From positions 1 through 54,397 of the IMG/VR virus record IMGVR_UViG_3300031963_000196: a stretch of 54,397 nucleotides of DNA. One strand, 5' to 3'. The DNA is from a virus (taxonomy: Duplodnaviria > Caudoviricetes). Position 1 is the stretch's first letter; every line of letters starts with the position of its first letter. Below the pieces are notes generated by a model. The model had not been told where the DNA came from. It made no database searches and saw only the letters and a list, made by a program, of their open reading frames with translations. Below, in pieces: positions 8,625 through 21,400 of this stretch. Both the position numbers and the translations under genes were made by a program.

Positions 8625-11528
8625 ATGGATAATATTATAAAAACATCTGGTACTACCGAACAATACAAGTTAAATCCGGGAGGATCAATTTCTTATCCTT
8701 TTGCAGTAAAGGGTATAGTTAAACGAAATGTTGATACTATACGTACAGGAAGGATAGACGTTTACATCGCAGATTTCGGACCAACAGATCCCAATGATTC
8801 TAATTCATGGGTAACAGTTAGTTATCTATCTCCCTTTTATGGTTTTCTCTCAGGTGACTATGCACCTAATAACAATAATAATTCTTCTTATGGTACTTTC
8901 TTAGAAAATCCAACCAGCTATGGTTTTTGGGCTACATCACCTGACATAGGATCTGAGGTTGTATGTTTATTCTTATATGGTAAAAAAGATTTTGGTTATT
9001 ATATAGGTTGTATCCCACAGCCTGGTATAACTCATATGGTTCCTGCTGTAGGAAGTACAAACGATGTAATAATGGAAAAAGCTGAGGCAGAAAAGTTTGG
9101 TGGTGCAAGTAACTTGCCTACAGTTGAAATGAATGTACAAAATAATCAGTTGTACAACACTCCAACTTTTTACGATCAAGCTAAACCTGTACATAAGATA
9201 GTGGCTGCACAATTTTGGCAGCAAGGACTTATACGTGATCCAATTAGGGGAACAATCACTAGTAGTTCTACAAGAGAAAGTCCTTCTCAAGTGTTTGGAA
9301 TTTCAACTCCAGGTAGACCCATATATAAAGGAGTTACCGGAACAAATGAAGTAGAAGCTTCAAAGAATTTAGATTCTAGTTCTGCCGAACAAGCTAAACT
9401 GGTTAGTCGTAGAGGTGGACACACACTTGTATTTGATGATGGTGATTTTTTTGGTCAAAATAATTTGATTAGATTGCGCAGCGCATCAGGACATCAAATT
9501 ACAATGAGTGATGACGGACAAACACTTTTTATAATTCATAGCAATGGACAAAGTTATGTTGAGTTAGGTAAAGAGGGAACAGTTGATATTTACGCTACAA
9601 ACAGCTTTAATGTTAGAACTAAAGGTGATTTAAATTTACACGCTGATAACAACATAAACATCAATGCGAAAAAACAATTAAACATTTTTGCAGAGGAATT
9701 AAACATCAATAGTGATAAAAATACCAATGTTCGTGTTGGTGAAAATTATAGTCAGCAAACTGTAAAAAATCATACAGTTAAAGTCGATCAGTCGATGAGT
9801 TTTTTATCTAAAAGTAATTCTTCATTTAAAAGTGATGCCGTAACTTACATTAATGGTAGTAAAATTAATTTGAACACAGGTAGTTCATCAACGGTGCCTG
9901 CCGAAGTGAAACCTATTTCTGTTGTACAACATTCGGATACCTTTTTTGATAATACACAAGGTTGGGTACCTGCGCCATCTAAATTACCTAGTATAAATTC
10001 ACGTGTGCCTGCTCACACACCATGGACAGATGCAAATAAAGGAGTAGATGTTAAAATAGATGAAACTGCCGCCGGCAATTTCCCATCACAACCATCCGCT
10101 GAACTTCAATCAGCTAATGCATCAACAGCAAATACTCCAGTAAAAGTTACAAGTCCTTCTGTAGCTGCAACCGTTCCCAATAACAAATCAGTTAAAGGAA
10201 ATTTTGACAAGAATACAACCTCAGCAGCAGTATCTCAGGCTGCGGTTTCAGCCGGAACTGATTCAGTTAAGGGGCCTGCTGCTTTAGCAGGAGGCGGAGT
10301 AGTAACTGATATAAATGGTACAAAGCAAGCAGTGTTGGGTAAGTTAGGGCATTCGCCTAATCAAATGGAAGAAGCAGGTTCAATAAAACCGGGATCAAGT
10401 ACTGTAGTAAATTCATTAGTTGCTAAAGGTGTACCACTTGATAAAGCAATGCCTACAAATGTTTTTACAGGTAAAGATGGAATAACATCTGTAGCAGCAT
10501 ATAATAAAAATGCAAATGCTCAAACTAATAACCAAGTTTCATTGATGGATCAAGGATTTGACAAATTACAAAGCACTGGTGTTATAAGGGGCAATGAAAG
10601 TCCCACTCAGATTGCAGGATTAGTAAATGGTGTTGCAGCGTTTGGCGTAGGATCAGTAACTTCATATGTAAACGGAGCGTCAGGTTCTAATGTAACTCCT
10701 ACAGCACAAAATAATAATGGAGCAATAGCATCAACAATTTCAGCTGGTAATTACGCTGCAAATATGGCTGAAAAATTATTAAGTCCAGTTGGTTCAATGG
10801 TTTCTTCTATTATATCAACTGGAGCAGCAATTGGTTCCTCAATAGTAGGCGCAGCTTCTACCGTGTTTGGTGCAATAAAGAGTAGTTATACAAAATTAAC
10901 TGCTGGAAAACCACAGAACTTATCTGCGTTGAATAGTCAAAACACTCAAAACTCAGGTGATATTGTTGGTGGATTGTACGGTGGCGACAATGCTATTAGC
11001 AATAATGTCAGTTCATCATATTACACACCTCCTACGACAGTTAACACATCTGAAATAACTAGTTCAATAGAAGCGACAACTAGTGGATTAGTAAATTCTG
11101 CAGTGTCTAATGTGCCATCAGATGAATTAGCAAGCCTACAAAGCGCAAGTAAAGCTATATCTTCAAATGGTCCTACTGCAACTAAGATGCCAACAGCAGC
11201 GACAGACACAATTAATAGAGCACCAATTAAAGAAGCTACTTCACAAATTTACAATGACAGTAGAATTCCTTTACCTTATTCAGATAGCACAGATTCAAAA
11301 CCTCCTAAAGCTGAAGTATTAGAGCAGTACAATGATTTACGTGCCGAACTTGACGTTCAAGTGAATTTGAGGAGAGACAACAGGATAAAGTATAGAGAGG
11401 CAGTAGCAACTTATGGAAGCAATTCGTTACAAGCTACAAATGCACTAAGAGATTATAAAGATTCAGTGCGAGAGGTTGAGTCTTTAGAAACAGCAGTTGA
11501 AGCTGCCTACTCAGAATTATATAGTTAA
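8625..11528 (+). CDS. gp5: Baseplate central spike, gp5/VgrG-like, with long C-terminal extension
   Basis: OB-fold motifs GRIDVYI, SYGFWATSPDIGSEVVCLF; GHTLVFDD...IRLRSASGHQITMSD; beta-helix repeats (GDLNLHADNNININA). Confidence 0.8.
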   Translation: MDNIIKTSGTTEQYKLNPGGSISYPFAVKGIVKRNVDTIRTGRIDVYIADFGPTDPNDSNSWVTVSYLSPFYGFLSGDYAPNNNNNSSYGTFLENPTSYGFWATSPDIGSEVVCLFLYGKKDFGYYIGCIPQPGITHMVPAVGSTNDVIMEKAEAEKFGGASNLPTVEMNVQNNQLYNTPTFYDQAKPVHKIVAAQFWQQGLIRDPIRGTITSSSTRESPSQVFGISTPGRPIYKGVTGTNEVEASKNLDSSSAEQAKLVSRRGGHTLVFDDGDFFGQNNLIRLRSASGHQITMSDDGQTLFIIHSNGQSYVELGKEGTVDIYATNSFNVRTKGDLNLHADNNININAKKQLNIFAEELNINSDKNTNVRVGENYSQQTVKNHTVKVDQSMSFLSKSNSSFKSDAVTYINGSKINLNTGSSSTVPAEVKPISVVQHSDTFFDNTQGWVPAPSKLPSINSRVPAHTPWTDANKGVDVKIDETAAGNFPSQPSAELQSANASTANTPVKVTSPSVAATVPNNKSVKGNFDKNTTSAAVSQAAVSAGTDSVKGPAALAGGGVVTDINGTKQAVLGKLGHSPNQMEEAGSIKPGSSTVVNSLVAKGVPLDKAMPTNVFTGKDGITSVAAYNKNANAQTNNQVSLMDQGFDKLQSTGVIRGNESPTQIAGLVNGVAAFGVGSVTSYVNGASGSNVTPTAQNNNGAIASTISAGNYAANMAEKLLSPVGSMVSSIISTGAAIGSSIVGAASTVFGAIKSSYTKLTAGKPQNLSALNSQNTQNSGDIVGGLYGGDNAISNNVSSSYYTPPTTVNTSEITSSIEATTSGLVNSAVSNVPSDELASLQSASKAISSNGPTATKMPTAATDTINRAPIKEATSQIYNDSRIPLPYSDSTDSKPPKAEVLEQYNDLRAELDVQVNLRRDNRIKYREAVATYGSNSLQATNALRDYKDSVREVESLETAVEAAYSELYS

Positions 11529-11541
11529 GTGAGATATTATT

Positions 11542-11997
11542 ATGGTTATATACAAAGGATTTAGTACTCTATTCACAAATGCAAAGAAACCTTCTGTGAT
11601 TCCACCTGGAATAAGCGGAGGACCTGGTTCAATTGTGGCTCCAGTATTCCCAAACAAAAAGTTCAGTCTATATGACGATCAACTTGTGATAGTTGATTTT
11701 TTGAATGCTTTAAACACACCCCAAGGACAAAAAGTAGGTAATCCTGCATATGGAACTTCAATTTGGACATACATATTTGAACCAAATATTCCTGAGATTC
11801 AAATTCAAATTGATAACGAAATAAGACGGATCGCATCTCAGGATCCTAGAATCATATTAAATGCGATTAATACATACCCGTATGAAAATGGATTTTTAAC
11901 AGAAATTGAGATGGCAATATCTCCTCAGAATAAAGTTCAACTATTACAACTGAATTTTGATAGAGGTAGTGGCACAGTATCAGCAAATAACCGTTGA
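11542..11997 (+). CDS. gp25: Baseplate wedge subunit, gp25-like
   Basis: YKGFST...LNALNTPQGQKVGNPAYGTSIWTYIFEP...DPR motif. Confidence 0.85.
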   Translation: MVIYKGFSTLFTNAKKPSVIPPGISGGPGSIVAPVFPNKKFSLYDDQLVIVDFLNALNTPQGQKVGNPAYGTSIWTYIFEPNIPEIQIQIDNEIRRIASQDPRIILNAINTYPYENGFLTEIEMAISPQNKVQLLQLNFDRGSGTVSANNR

Positions 11998-12018
11998 AAA
12001 TAGCGCATTTTCAGTTAA

Positions 12019-12026
12019 GATAAATA
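12019..12026 (+). promoter_or_regulatory. Late promoter GATAAATA
   Basis: Octamer in the intergenic gap before the gp6-like gene. Confidence 0.7.
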
Positions 12027-12045
12027 TTAAAAAGAGATAAAACGT

Positions 12046-15000
12046 ATGGCTACAAGTTCAAGACAAGCAACAATTTTTGGCGTAAACGACTGGAAAACAG
12101 TATATAAAACCTATAGTCAAGCCAATTTTCAAAGCTATGATTATGAAACTCTAAGAAAAAGTTTCATAGATTATTTGCGTCTGTACTACCCTGAAACATT
12201 TAACGATTATGTTGAAAGTAGTGAATTTATAGCTTTATTAGACGTTATTGCATTTATGGGTCAAGCAGTGTCGTTTAGGGATGACCTAAATACACGTGAA
12301 AATTTTATTGACACTGCAGAACGTAGAGATAGCGTAATCAAACTTGCCAATTTAGTTAACTACAACCCCAAACGAAATAATGCAGCTCAGGGGTTTTTAA
12401 AAATAACAAGTATAACCACAACAGAAAATGTTACAGACATCAATGGTTTAGGATTAGGAGGAATTCCTGTGTTTTGGAATGACCCAGCCAACCCAAATTG
12501 GTTAGAGCAATTCAATTCAATTATTAATGCCACGTTAGTAGACGCACAGAGAATTGGAAGACCAGGAAATATTCAAGAAATTTCAAATATTAAAACTGAA
12601 GAATACTCACTGCGTATTCCAAATACAGTTTTACCCGTAATACCATTTAATGCTACTGTTGGTGGGGTAACTATGAATTTTGAATGTGTGAGTGCAACAA
12701 GTTTGAATGAAACATATGTTTATGAGATTCCACCTAATCCAAAAGGCACCTTTAATATTTTATACAGAAATGACAAATTAGGGTATGGTAGTTTGAACAC
12801 AGGGTTCTTCTTGTATTTCAAACAGGGTTCACTTATTAATTACGATTTTACACTGAATCAACAAATTGCAAATCAATCTATTCCGATTGGAGAGATACAG
12901 GGTATTAATAACACTGATACTTGGTTATATAAAATAGATTCTACTACTAACCAATTACTAAATTGGGTACAGGTTGATAATCTTTATGCGAACACCTATT
13001 TAAGAGAAGAAAATTCAAGAAAGGCAGTATTTTCTGTAACCTCAAGATTTAATGATCAAGTGAATTATATATTTGGTGATGGTGTCTTTAGTGAAATTCC
13101 TGTTGGATCATTTAGATCATATGTAAGATCAAGTAATGGATTACAATATTCTATTGACCCTGCTGAGTTGACAAACACCACATTAACGTTTAGCTATGTG
13201 AGTAAGTTTAACAGAATTGAAACGCTAACAATGACAGTTGAACTAACTCAACCTGTTAACAATGCACAATCAAGAGAATCAATTCCTGACATTAAGGCAA
13301 AAGCACCTGTGCATTTTTATGCACAGAATAGAATGGTGAACGGGGAAGATTATAATAATTTCCCATACACTCTGTACAGTTCAATTATTAAGACTAAAGC
13401 TCTTAATAGAAGTTCTATAGGAATTTCTAGAAATTTTGATTTACTAGACCCTACTGGAAAATATTCAAGCACAACAAGTTTCGCAGATGATGGTGCATTA
13501 TATTTTAACACCAATGACAAATTTTATGATTTCAATACTAATGAAGCATCTGGTTCAGCTAACCGATTATTCAGTAATCAAATTTTAGAAATTATTTCTA
13601 ACAGAAATTTATATCAATACTATGTTATAACTTGCAATAGATATCCTATTAATGTTGCATCTGGTGACGGCATTACAACTTGGAATCAAACAAGCTATGA
13701 CGGTACGTTAGTTACTGGTTATTTTGAAAATTCTAATGGACCTGTCGCTGCAGGAATTTATAATGCATATAATATGAAATATTGTACAGCTGGTGCACTA
13801 TTAAAATTTGTTGCACCTTCTGGATATTATTTTTTGAATGATAGATTAGTTGCCGGAGCAGCTCCTTCTCCAAATAATACTTTTATGTGGGTCAACGTAC
13901 TGAATGTAGTTGATGATGGATTTAACGGCGGTGAAGGTAATTTATATAATGGATTAGGACCAGTAAGTTTAAGTAGATTTGTAGCTACTGGAGCCATTCT
14001 TCAAACAATTATTCCTGTTTTCGATAATATATTACCTAATCCAATATTACAATTAGTATTAGATTATTTTGAAAATTTACAAAGTTTTTCGTTATACTAC
14101 GTAAATAATTTACCAATTAATGTTGATCGTTGGTTTGTAGGTGATTATAACAGATCGGATGCTCTAGTTAAGTTCGAAAGTTTAGGTGGAGGCTCTTATA
14201 GAATTACAAGTAAAGCTATCACTTATTATTTCGGAAGTGTAAAGAATACAAGATTTACTTTTGATTCTGAAAAAATTATTTTTGATCCTCTTTCTGGAAC
14301 TATAGCATATGATGCTGTAAAAGTACTTAAGACAAATACTACACCAAATTCATTATCTATATTAGGCGAAGATTTTAGATTGAATGTGGTTGGACAGACG
14401 GTTGAAGCTGATGGTTATCCCGATGATTATGCGATTGAGATAAGCAGTTTAGATGCAAAAAATTCTTCTCTGATAGAAGATCCGGACTTTTTCAGTACAA
14501 TTACAGGTTATACTTTTGGATCTACTAATACTGGATTTTTTGTTTTTATTGAAACAATAACAGACATAAATTATTTGACAAAAAATGGATTAACTGAACC
14601 TAATTTAATAAATTACAGTTATGCAAACAAAAATGATGTTGAAGTTGTGAAGTATGAATATCCAGTAGGTCAGGTTTTTTATGCATTTAGTGAAAACAAA
14701 TTTTACAAATCTTTTGAGGATTCTACTTCTCAGAACATAGTTAATTTGGTACAAGTTACTAATTATATTGCTTTGACAGGCAGACAAAGTTTATTCTTCC
14801 AATATAATCATCTAAGTAATAATACGACACGAATAGATCCAGGTACAACAAATATTATAGATTTATATGTTGTTACTTTAGCCTATTATAATTCATACAC
14901 AAATTGGATTAAAGATACAACTGGTACTATTTCAGAACCGGCTAAACCTACAGTAGAACAATTAACACAAGAGTATAATAAAGTCAACGATTATAAAATG

Positions 15001-15402
15001 ATGAGTGATACTGTCGTTTTCAATAGCGTTACTTTCAAACCTCTTTTTGGTGATAAAGCAGCTCCGCAACTTCAAGCTACTATTAAGGTGATTAAATCTA
15101 GTTTAACTACAGCAAGTGATAGTGAGGTTCGTTCTGCTGTGATAACAGCGATGAATAATTACTTTAGTATTGATAATTGGGATTTTGGAGATACGTTCTT
15201 CTTTAGCGAATTGAGTGCTTACTTGCATTCAAATTTAAATGGTCTAATAAGTTCGGCTATTTTAGTTCCAAAAGATCCATCACTTACGTTTGGTGATTTA
15301 TACGAGATAAGATGTGCGCCTTATGAAATTTTTGTAAACGGCGCACAATCAAATGATATTATTATAATTTCAGCAATTACCCCTGAACAATTACAACCTT
15401 AA
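12046..15402 (+). CDS. gp6: Baseplate wedge subunit, gp6-like
   Basis: YDYETLRKSFIDYL..FNDY.ESS, ENFIDTAERRDSVIKLA..VNYNP, FGDGVF, ESIPDIK..AP..FYAQNRMVNGEDY. Confidence 0.85.
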   Translation: MATSSRQATIFGVNDWKTVYKTYSQANFQSYDYETLRKSFIDYLRLYYPETFNDYVESSEFIALLDVIAFMGQAVSFRDDLNTRENFIDTAERRDSVIKLANLVNYNPKRNNAAQGFLKITSITTTENVTDINGLGLGGIPVFWNDPANPNWLEQFNSIINATLVDAQRIGRPGNIQEISNIKTEEYSLRIPNTVLPVIPFNATVGGVTMNFECVSATSLNETYVYEIPPNPKGTFNILYRNDKLGYGSLNTGFFLYFKQGSLINYDFTLNQQIANQSIPIGEIQGINNTDTWLYKIDSTTNQLLNWVQVDNLYANTYLREENSRKAVFSVTSRFNDQVNYIFGDGVFSEIPVGSFRSYVRSSNGLQYSIDPAELTNTTLTFSYVSKFNRIETLTMTVELTQPVNNAQSRESIPDIKAKAPVHFYAQNRMVNGEDYNNFPYTLYSSIIKTKALNRSSIGISRNFDLLDPTGKYSSTTSFADDGALYFNTNDKFYDFNTNEASGSANRLFSNQILEIISNRNLYQYYVITCNRYPINVASGDGITTWNQTSYDGTLVTGYFENSNGPVAAGIYNAYNMKYCTAGALLKFVAPSGYYFLNDRLVAGAAPSPNNTFMWVNVLNVVDDGFNGGEGNLYNGLGPVSLSRFVATGAILQTIIPVFDNILPNPILQLVLDYFENLQSFSLYYVNNLPINVDRWFVGDYNRSDALVKFESLGGGSYRITSKAITYYFGSVKNTRFTFDSEKIIFDPLSGTIAYDAVKVLKTNTTPNSLSILGEDFRLNVVGQTVEADGYPDDYAIEISSLDAKNSSLIEDPDFFSTITGYTFGSTNTGFFVFIETITDINYLTKNGLTEPNLINYSYANKNDVEVVKYEYPVGQVFYAFSENKFYKSFEDSTSQNIVNLVQVTNYIALTGRQSLFFQYNHLSNNTTRIDPGTTNIIDLYVVTLAYYNSYTNWIKDTTGTISEPAKPTVEQLTQEYNKVNDYKMMSDTVVFNSVTFKPLFGDKAAPQLQATIKVIKSSLTTASDSEVRSAVITAMNNYFSIDNWDFGDTFFFSELSAYLHSNLNGLISSAILVPKDPSLTFGDLYEIRCAPYEIFVNGAQSNDIIIISAITPEQLQP

Positions 15403-15414
15403 TGAGAAAAAGAT

Positions 15415-18400
15415 ATGGTAGCAAAAGTAAGAACAATTGATTTTCTTCCAGAAATTTTTAAGACAACACCTAATGAAAATTTCTTATCCGCCACGTTGGA
15501 TCAACTTGTACAACAACAAGATTTAGAAAAACTTCAAGGTTATATCGGCAGACGATTTGAATATGGTCTTACTCCTAATTCATATTATATACCTGAAATT
15601 AATAAAACAAGAACAGATTATCAATTAGAACCAGCGGTTGTATTTAAAAAGAAAGACACAACTACCGCTTTAGATTTTATTAGCTACCCCGAAATGATTG
15701 ATGCTCTAAAATTACAAGGAGCACCAGTAACAAATAACTCACTTTTATTTGATAACCAGTTCTATAGTTGGGATAGCTTTACAAACCTTGACAAAATATC
15801 TAACTACAGCCAGTATTACTGGTTACCTTTTGGTCCTGACGTAGTTAACATAGAACCATTACCGATTAACCTAACTTCATTTTTTGATGTAGTGAGTCAA
15901 ACTAATGAATTTTTATTTGTACAAGATAATTTTGAAATAGAAGAATTTAATCCTACCATTACACTGCTTCGAGGCGGCACGTATTATTTTAACGTAGATC
16001 AAACATCTAAGTTTTGGATTCAAACAGAGCCAGGTTTATCTGGAACCGTACCAAACAGACCAAACGTTGGTACTAGGGATATTTTTGGAGTTGAAAATAA
16101 CGGAACTTCTGAGGGTGTAATTACATTCCAAGTTCCTAATTCAGATGCGCAACAGAATCAAAACTATCAAGGTAATGTTAATACTGACCTTGTCAGTGAT
16201 CAACCATTTAGCGGTATACACGGTCAAAGATTAAGTACTATTGGTAGTATCGACGGTGCAACAAATTTACTTGATAAAACTTTAATATTTTTTGGAGCAC
16301 CTGCATTACAAAATGCATCAGTGGACACCTTCTTTGATGAGTATGGATTTGATAATGATACTATAGCACCGTTTGGATTCGACTCTACTGATTTAGTAAA
16401 CGTTAATCAGTATTTTTTCAAAATAAACTATATTCAAACTGATACTCCTGGAGACCCAATAATTAATCTTTCTCCTTTAACTGTCATCCCGCAAAATACA
16501 AACATCACTGTGTTAGCAGGAAATAAGTATATATCCAAAAAATTAGTTCGTTTAAGCACAGGAGAAATACAACTTATACCTGAATTAACAGCTCCATTAG
16601 ATGTTTTGTATTATCAAGATAGCTCTAATCTTAGAAAGTTCGGAGTGATAAAAATTGTTGACAGTAACACTGCCAACTTCATCAACGTAGAGACAGAAAT
16701 TTTAGGTAAACTAAGTTACACATCACCGAATAATGTTAAATTTACGAATGGATTAAAAATTAATTTTTCAGGAGATGTCATTCCTGAAAAATATAAGACC
16801 GATCAGTATTATGTTGAGGGTGTTGGTACAGGAATAAAATTAATACCTAGCTCCTTACTAGTAACACCCGAATCTTATTCACAAAGTGTGTATGAACCAT
16901 ATGATGCTTCACCATATGATACTGCACCTTATTCTGATATTGTTGAATCGCCTATAACACCGGATTATATTACTATTAATAGAGCAGCAACTAATTTAAA
17001 TGCATGGTCACGTGGTAATAGATGGTTTCACGCTCAAGTAATACAGGAAACAATAAAGCATACTAATAGTACTAATTTACTTAATATCATAAACAGTAAA
17101 GAGGCAAGAGCAAAAAGACCAATTATTGAATTTTATCCAAATTTAAAATTATTTAATTTAGGCACAGAGGCTAAAGGTCCGGTTGATTATTTTGATGTAA
17201 CCGCTACCGACGCATTCACTCAAGTAGCAAATCAATTGCAATATTATCCAGATGGATCAAGTTTTGGACTTTTTGATGGATGTAAGGTAATTTTTTCTGC
17301 TGATACTGACACTAATATTAAAAATAAAATATTCCGCGTCAATTTTGTTTCAACCTCAATTGCTAATCAAACATCGACTATAGCAAGTGTTACTACTGCA
17401 TCGAATGACAGAGTGACAGTAACAGATTCAACAAAGTTTGTTGTTGGTAGTTTAGTATCGTTAAATCAGGATATAGGTAATTTAACAGCCTTTACAAAAT
17501 ATTATGTTTACGATAAACCAAATTCGACTTCAATACGGTTAAGCACTGATCCTAATCTATCTTCTTTCATTCAACTAGATAACGGAACAGGAAATGTATT
17601 ACTATCTCAATCACCACCTATAATTACATTAACTAAAATAGCTGACGGTGATATTCAAAATTATGATCAGATCGTAGTGTTGCTTGGAGAAAATAGAAAA
17701 GGCTTCAGTTATTGGTTTGATGGAATAAATTGGATACAAGGACAACTTAAAACTACAGTAAATCAGCCACCTTTATTTGATGTTTTTGACAATAATGGAC
17801 TAAGTTTTGGTGATACAGACTATTACGCTAGTAGCAGCTTTATAGGATCGTCATTATTTCAGTACGCAACAGGAACAGGAAATAATGATACAGTGTTAGG
17901 TTTCCCGTTAAAATATAGCTCTGTGGATAACGTAGGTGATATCCAATTTAATGTATCATTTAACACAGACCAGTTTACATATGTATTAAATGGAAATCCT
18001 ACAGTACAAAACGTTAATCAAGGCTATCCATATATTTTTACTTCTAGGGAAGAATATACTAGACAACTAGGTTGGCAAACTGCGATTTCTGAAAGTATTC
18101 AATATCAAGCATTCACCTTTAATTATATTCCGCAAAACGGAAATGCTATTTTTATTTGTGATGTGCCTGCCAATTCGACTGACTCTACTGCATGGCCAGT
18201 GGTTAAAGTTTACGTAGGTGACAATCTTCTATTCGACAGTGATTTTACTTTTACAGTTGAAAACAATTCTACAATTGTGACGTTAAATGCAAATCCAATA
18301 TTAGAAACACCAATCGAAGTTTTAATTTATAGTAACTCAGTAAGCAAAACTGCTTATTTTACTATACCTACTAACTTAGAAAATAATATTTTTAATGCAC

Positions 18401-21400
18401 AAATCTCAAATTTAAATTTAGGTGATATAAAAAATCATTACTTAAGTATTTGTACAAACAGTAAACGAATAGTAGGTCAAATTTTTGGATCTAACAATTA
18501 CAGAGATTTACCAAATCTAGTAAAATACGGTAGTAAGATAATTCAAAACAGTGCTCCGTTATCTCTTACTGGAGCTTTGTTAAAAAATGCGAATTTTAAT
18601 TTAATTGATTCTTTAAATTTTAGTTCAACCGAATACATTAAATTTAAAAATTTACTTATTGATGTAGTAAATAAAACTCCTTATGAAAGCTATCAAATAG
18701 CTTCGGTTATTTTAGATAACGCTATTAATGAAATAACATCATTCAAGGCTCAAAATAATTCATTCTTTTGGTCAGATATGCTACCGAGTCGCGGAGCCTA
18801 CATAACCAATAGATATACATTTAATGCGGATGTTCTACAGGCACAGTTCACATTAAGTAAAATTTATGATTTCACTTCAGCAAATTATGATGGGGTATTA
18901 TTATACCTACAAAGAACAGAAAATGGATTAGTATTTGAAAGACAACTTATTAAAGATGTAGATTATTTGGTAAGCGCAGACGCTCCATTAGTTACTCTTT
19001 ATACTGATTTAATTGCAGGTGATATAATAATAGTCAACGAGTACAATCAAACTTATGGAAGCTACGTACCAAACACACCAACCAAATTAGGATTCTATCC
19101 TGCAACTATTCCTGAAATAGTTTATGATACCTCTTATATTAATCCTGCTTGGTTTATTAAAGGACATGACGGTTCGTTAACTAGATTATATGGAAATTAT
19201 ACAAATGGATATTTGAATGACTACAGAGATCAGGTTATATTTGAATTTGAATGTAGAATTTATAACAATTTAAAAGTAAGCAGCAAGATTCCTATTTCAA
19301 GTGATGAAGTATTACCTGGACAATTCAGATCAACAAATTACAATTATGATGAAATTTTACAACTATACTCTTTATCATTTTTAAACTGGATAGGCCAAAA
19401 TAGAATAGACTATAAGTCACAGTATTACCTTACTAATAATGCTTACACCTACAATTACTATCAAGCTACGAACAGATTAGATAATACAATCGTAAAAAGA
19501 GGTAATTGGAGAGGATTATATAATTGGTTCTTTGATACTACTACCCCCAATAGTACTCCTTGGGAAATGATTGGATATACTAACAAGCCAGTTTGGTGGG
19601 ATAGTTATTATGGTGCAGCTCCTTATACTAAGAATAACTTGGTGCTATGGACTGATATGGAAAATGGATACGATTATAATAACGGAGATCCTATTATAAT
19701 CGAATCTAGAAAGAGACCTGGTCTATTACAAGTTTTACCTGTAGATGATTTAGGAAATCTAGTTGATCCTATGAATTCTGTTATTGGTAATTATGATCAG
19801 CTAACATTCCAAACACAATGGAAAGTTGGCGATTGGGGACCTGCAGAATACAGCTATTTAAAAAGCAGTTCATGGCCATTTGATTTAGTGAAATTACTAG
19901 CGTTGTGTAAGCCAGCTAAGTTCTTCGCATTAGGGGAAAATCTAGACACTTATAAGTTTAATACAGAGTTTAATCAATACTTACTAAATGACAAATTCAG
20001 ATTCAGCACTATAGGAGCGGTTGTTTACGGCAGCGGTAACGCCCAGCATAGTTATTTAAATTGGGTAGTAGATTATGTTCAAAGTAATGGTAATTCAGGT
20101 TATGACATTTTAACCGACTACCTAAACAACTTAGATGTTAGATTGGTATATAGAGTAGCAGGATTTAGTGATAAAGATTTACTTAAATTTTATGTTGATA
20201 AAGGATCTCCAAATAGTAAAAATAATAGTTTGTTGATTCCTGACGAGAGTTACAGAGTAATATTACATGAAAATCAACCATTTGACACCATAACATACAG
20301 TTCTGTTATAATTCAGAAAACTGAAACTGGATATCAAGTTTTTGGTAATAGTCAAAATAAGATATATTTTAAAGCCTCAGCCCCCATAGTAAATGGAAAG
20401 TACAATACAATAACATCTGGATCTCTTTCTGTTAAACTTTCTAAAAACTTTAGTGATAAAGTAGTTGTTGTGCCATACAGCACTGAATTTAATACACCTC
20501 AGGCACTATCAGAATTTATTAACGCCTATGGAAATTATTTAGGTACACAGGGACTTTTATTTGATCAGGTTGAAAACAATTTACTTTTAAATTGGAATCA
20601 AATGATTCAAGAAGTTCTTGCTTGGGTACAAGCAGGTTGGGAATCAGGATCTATATTAAATATAAATCCATTAGCTCAGAAAATTGTAATTTCTAAAGAA
20701 AATGCAATTGTACAACCGTTAACTATTCAAGATCAAAACTATGTATTGAATCAAAATTTAATACCAATACAAATAAAGGATATGTCAGTAATTCGTAACG
20801 GAGTTGAATTTTCTGCTGTTCCATTAAAAGTTGATGATACCGTTTCGTACTTTAATGCAAATTTAAGCAACATCGAACATGCTATTATATTTGACAATGC
20901 TACATTATTCAATGATTTAATATATGATCCTAACACAGGATTAAGACAATATCGTATATTGTTAAAAGGCTCTAAAACAGCAACATGGGACGGCACAGTT
21001 GATACTAAAGGATTTATTTTAAATCAAGATAATATCTTAGAATGGCAATCAAATGTAAAATATACTAAAGGTGTTATTGTAAAATATAAAAATAATTATT
21101 ACGCAGCTAATGAAGTTATACAACCTGCCGATACTTTCCAACAAGGGCTTTGGACTAAAGTGGATTATGAAGATATACAAAAAGGATTATTGCCTAATGC
21201 AAGTAGCAGAGCCTTTGAAAGTACATTATATTATGATTCATATAAAGCCAATTTAGAAAACGATGCAGACCTATTAGCCTTTTCTCTAATTGGATACAGA
21301 CCAAGAAATTATTTAGCTGCTGCTAATTTAGATGACATTTCTCAGGTTAATCTTTATAAAACTATGATCGTTGAAAAGGGTAGCAAACAAGCTACGTCAG

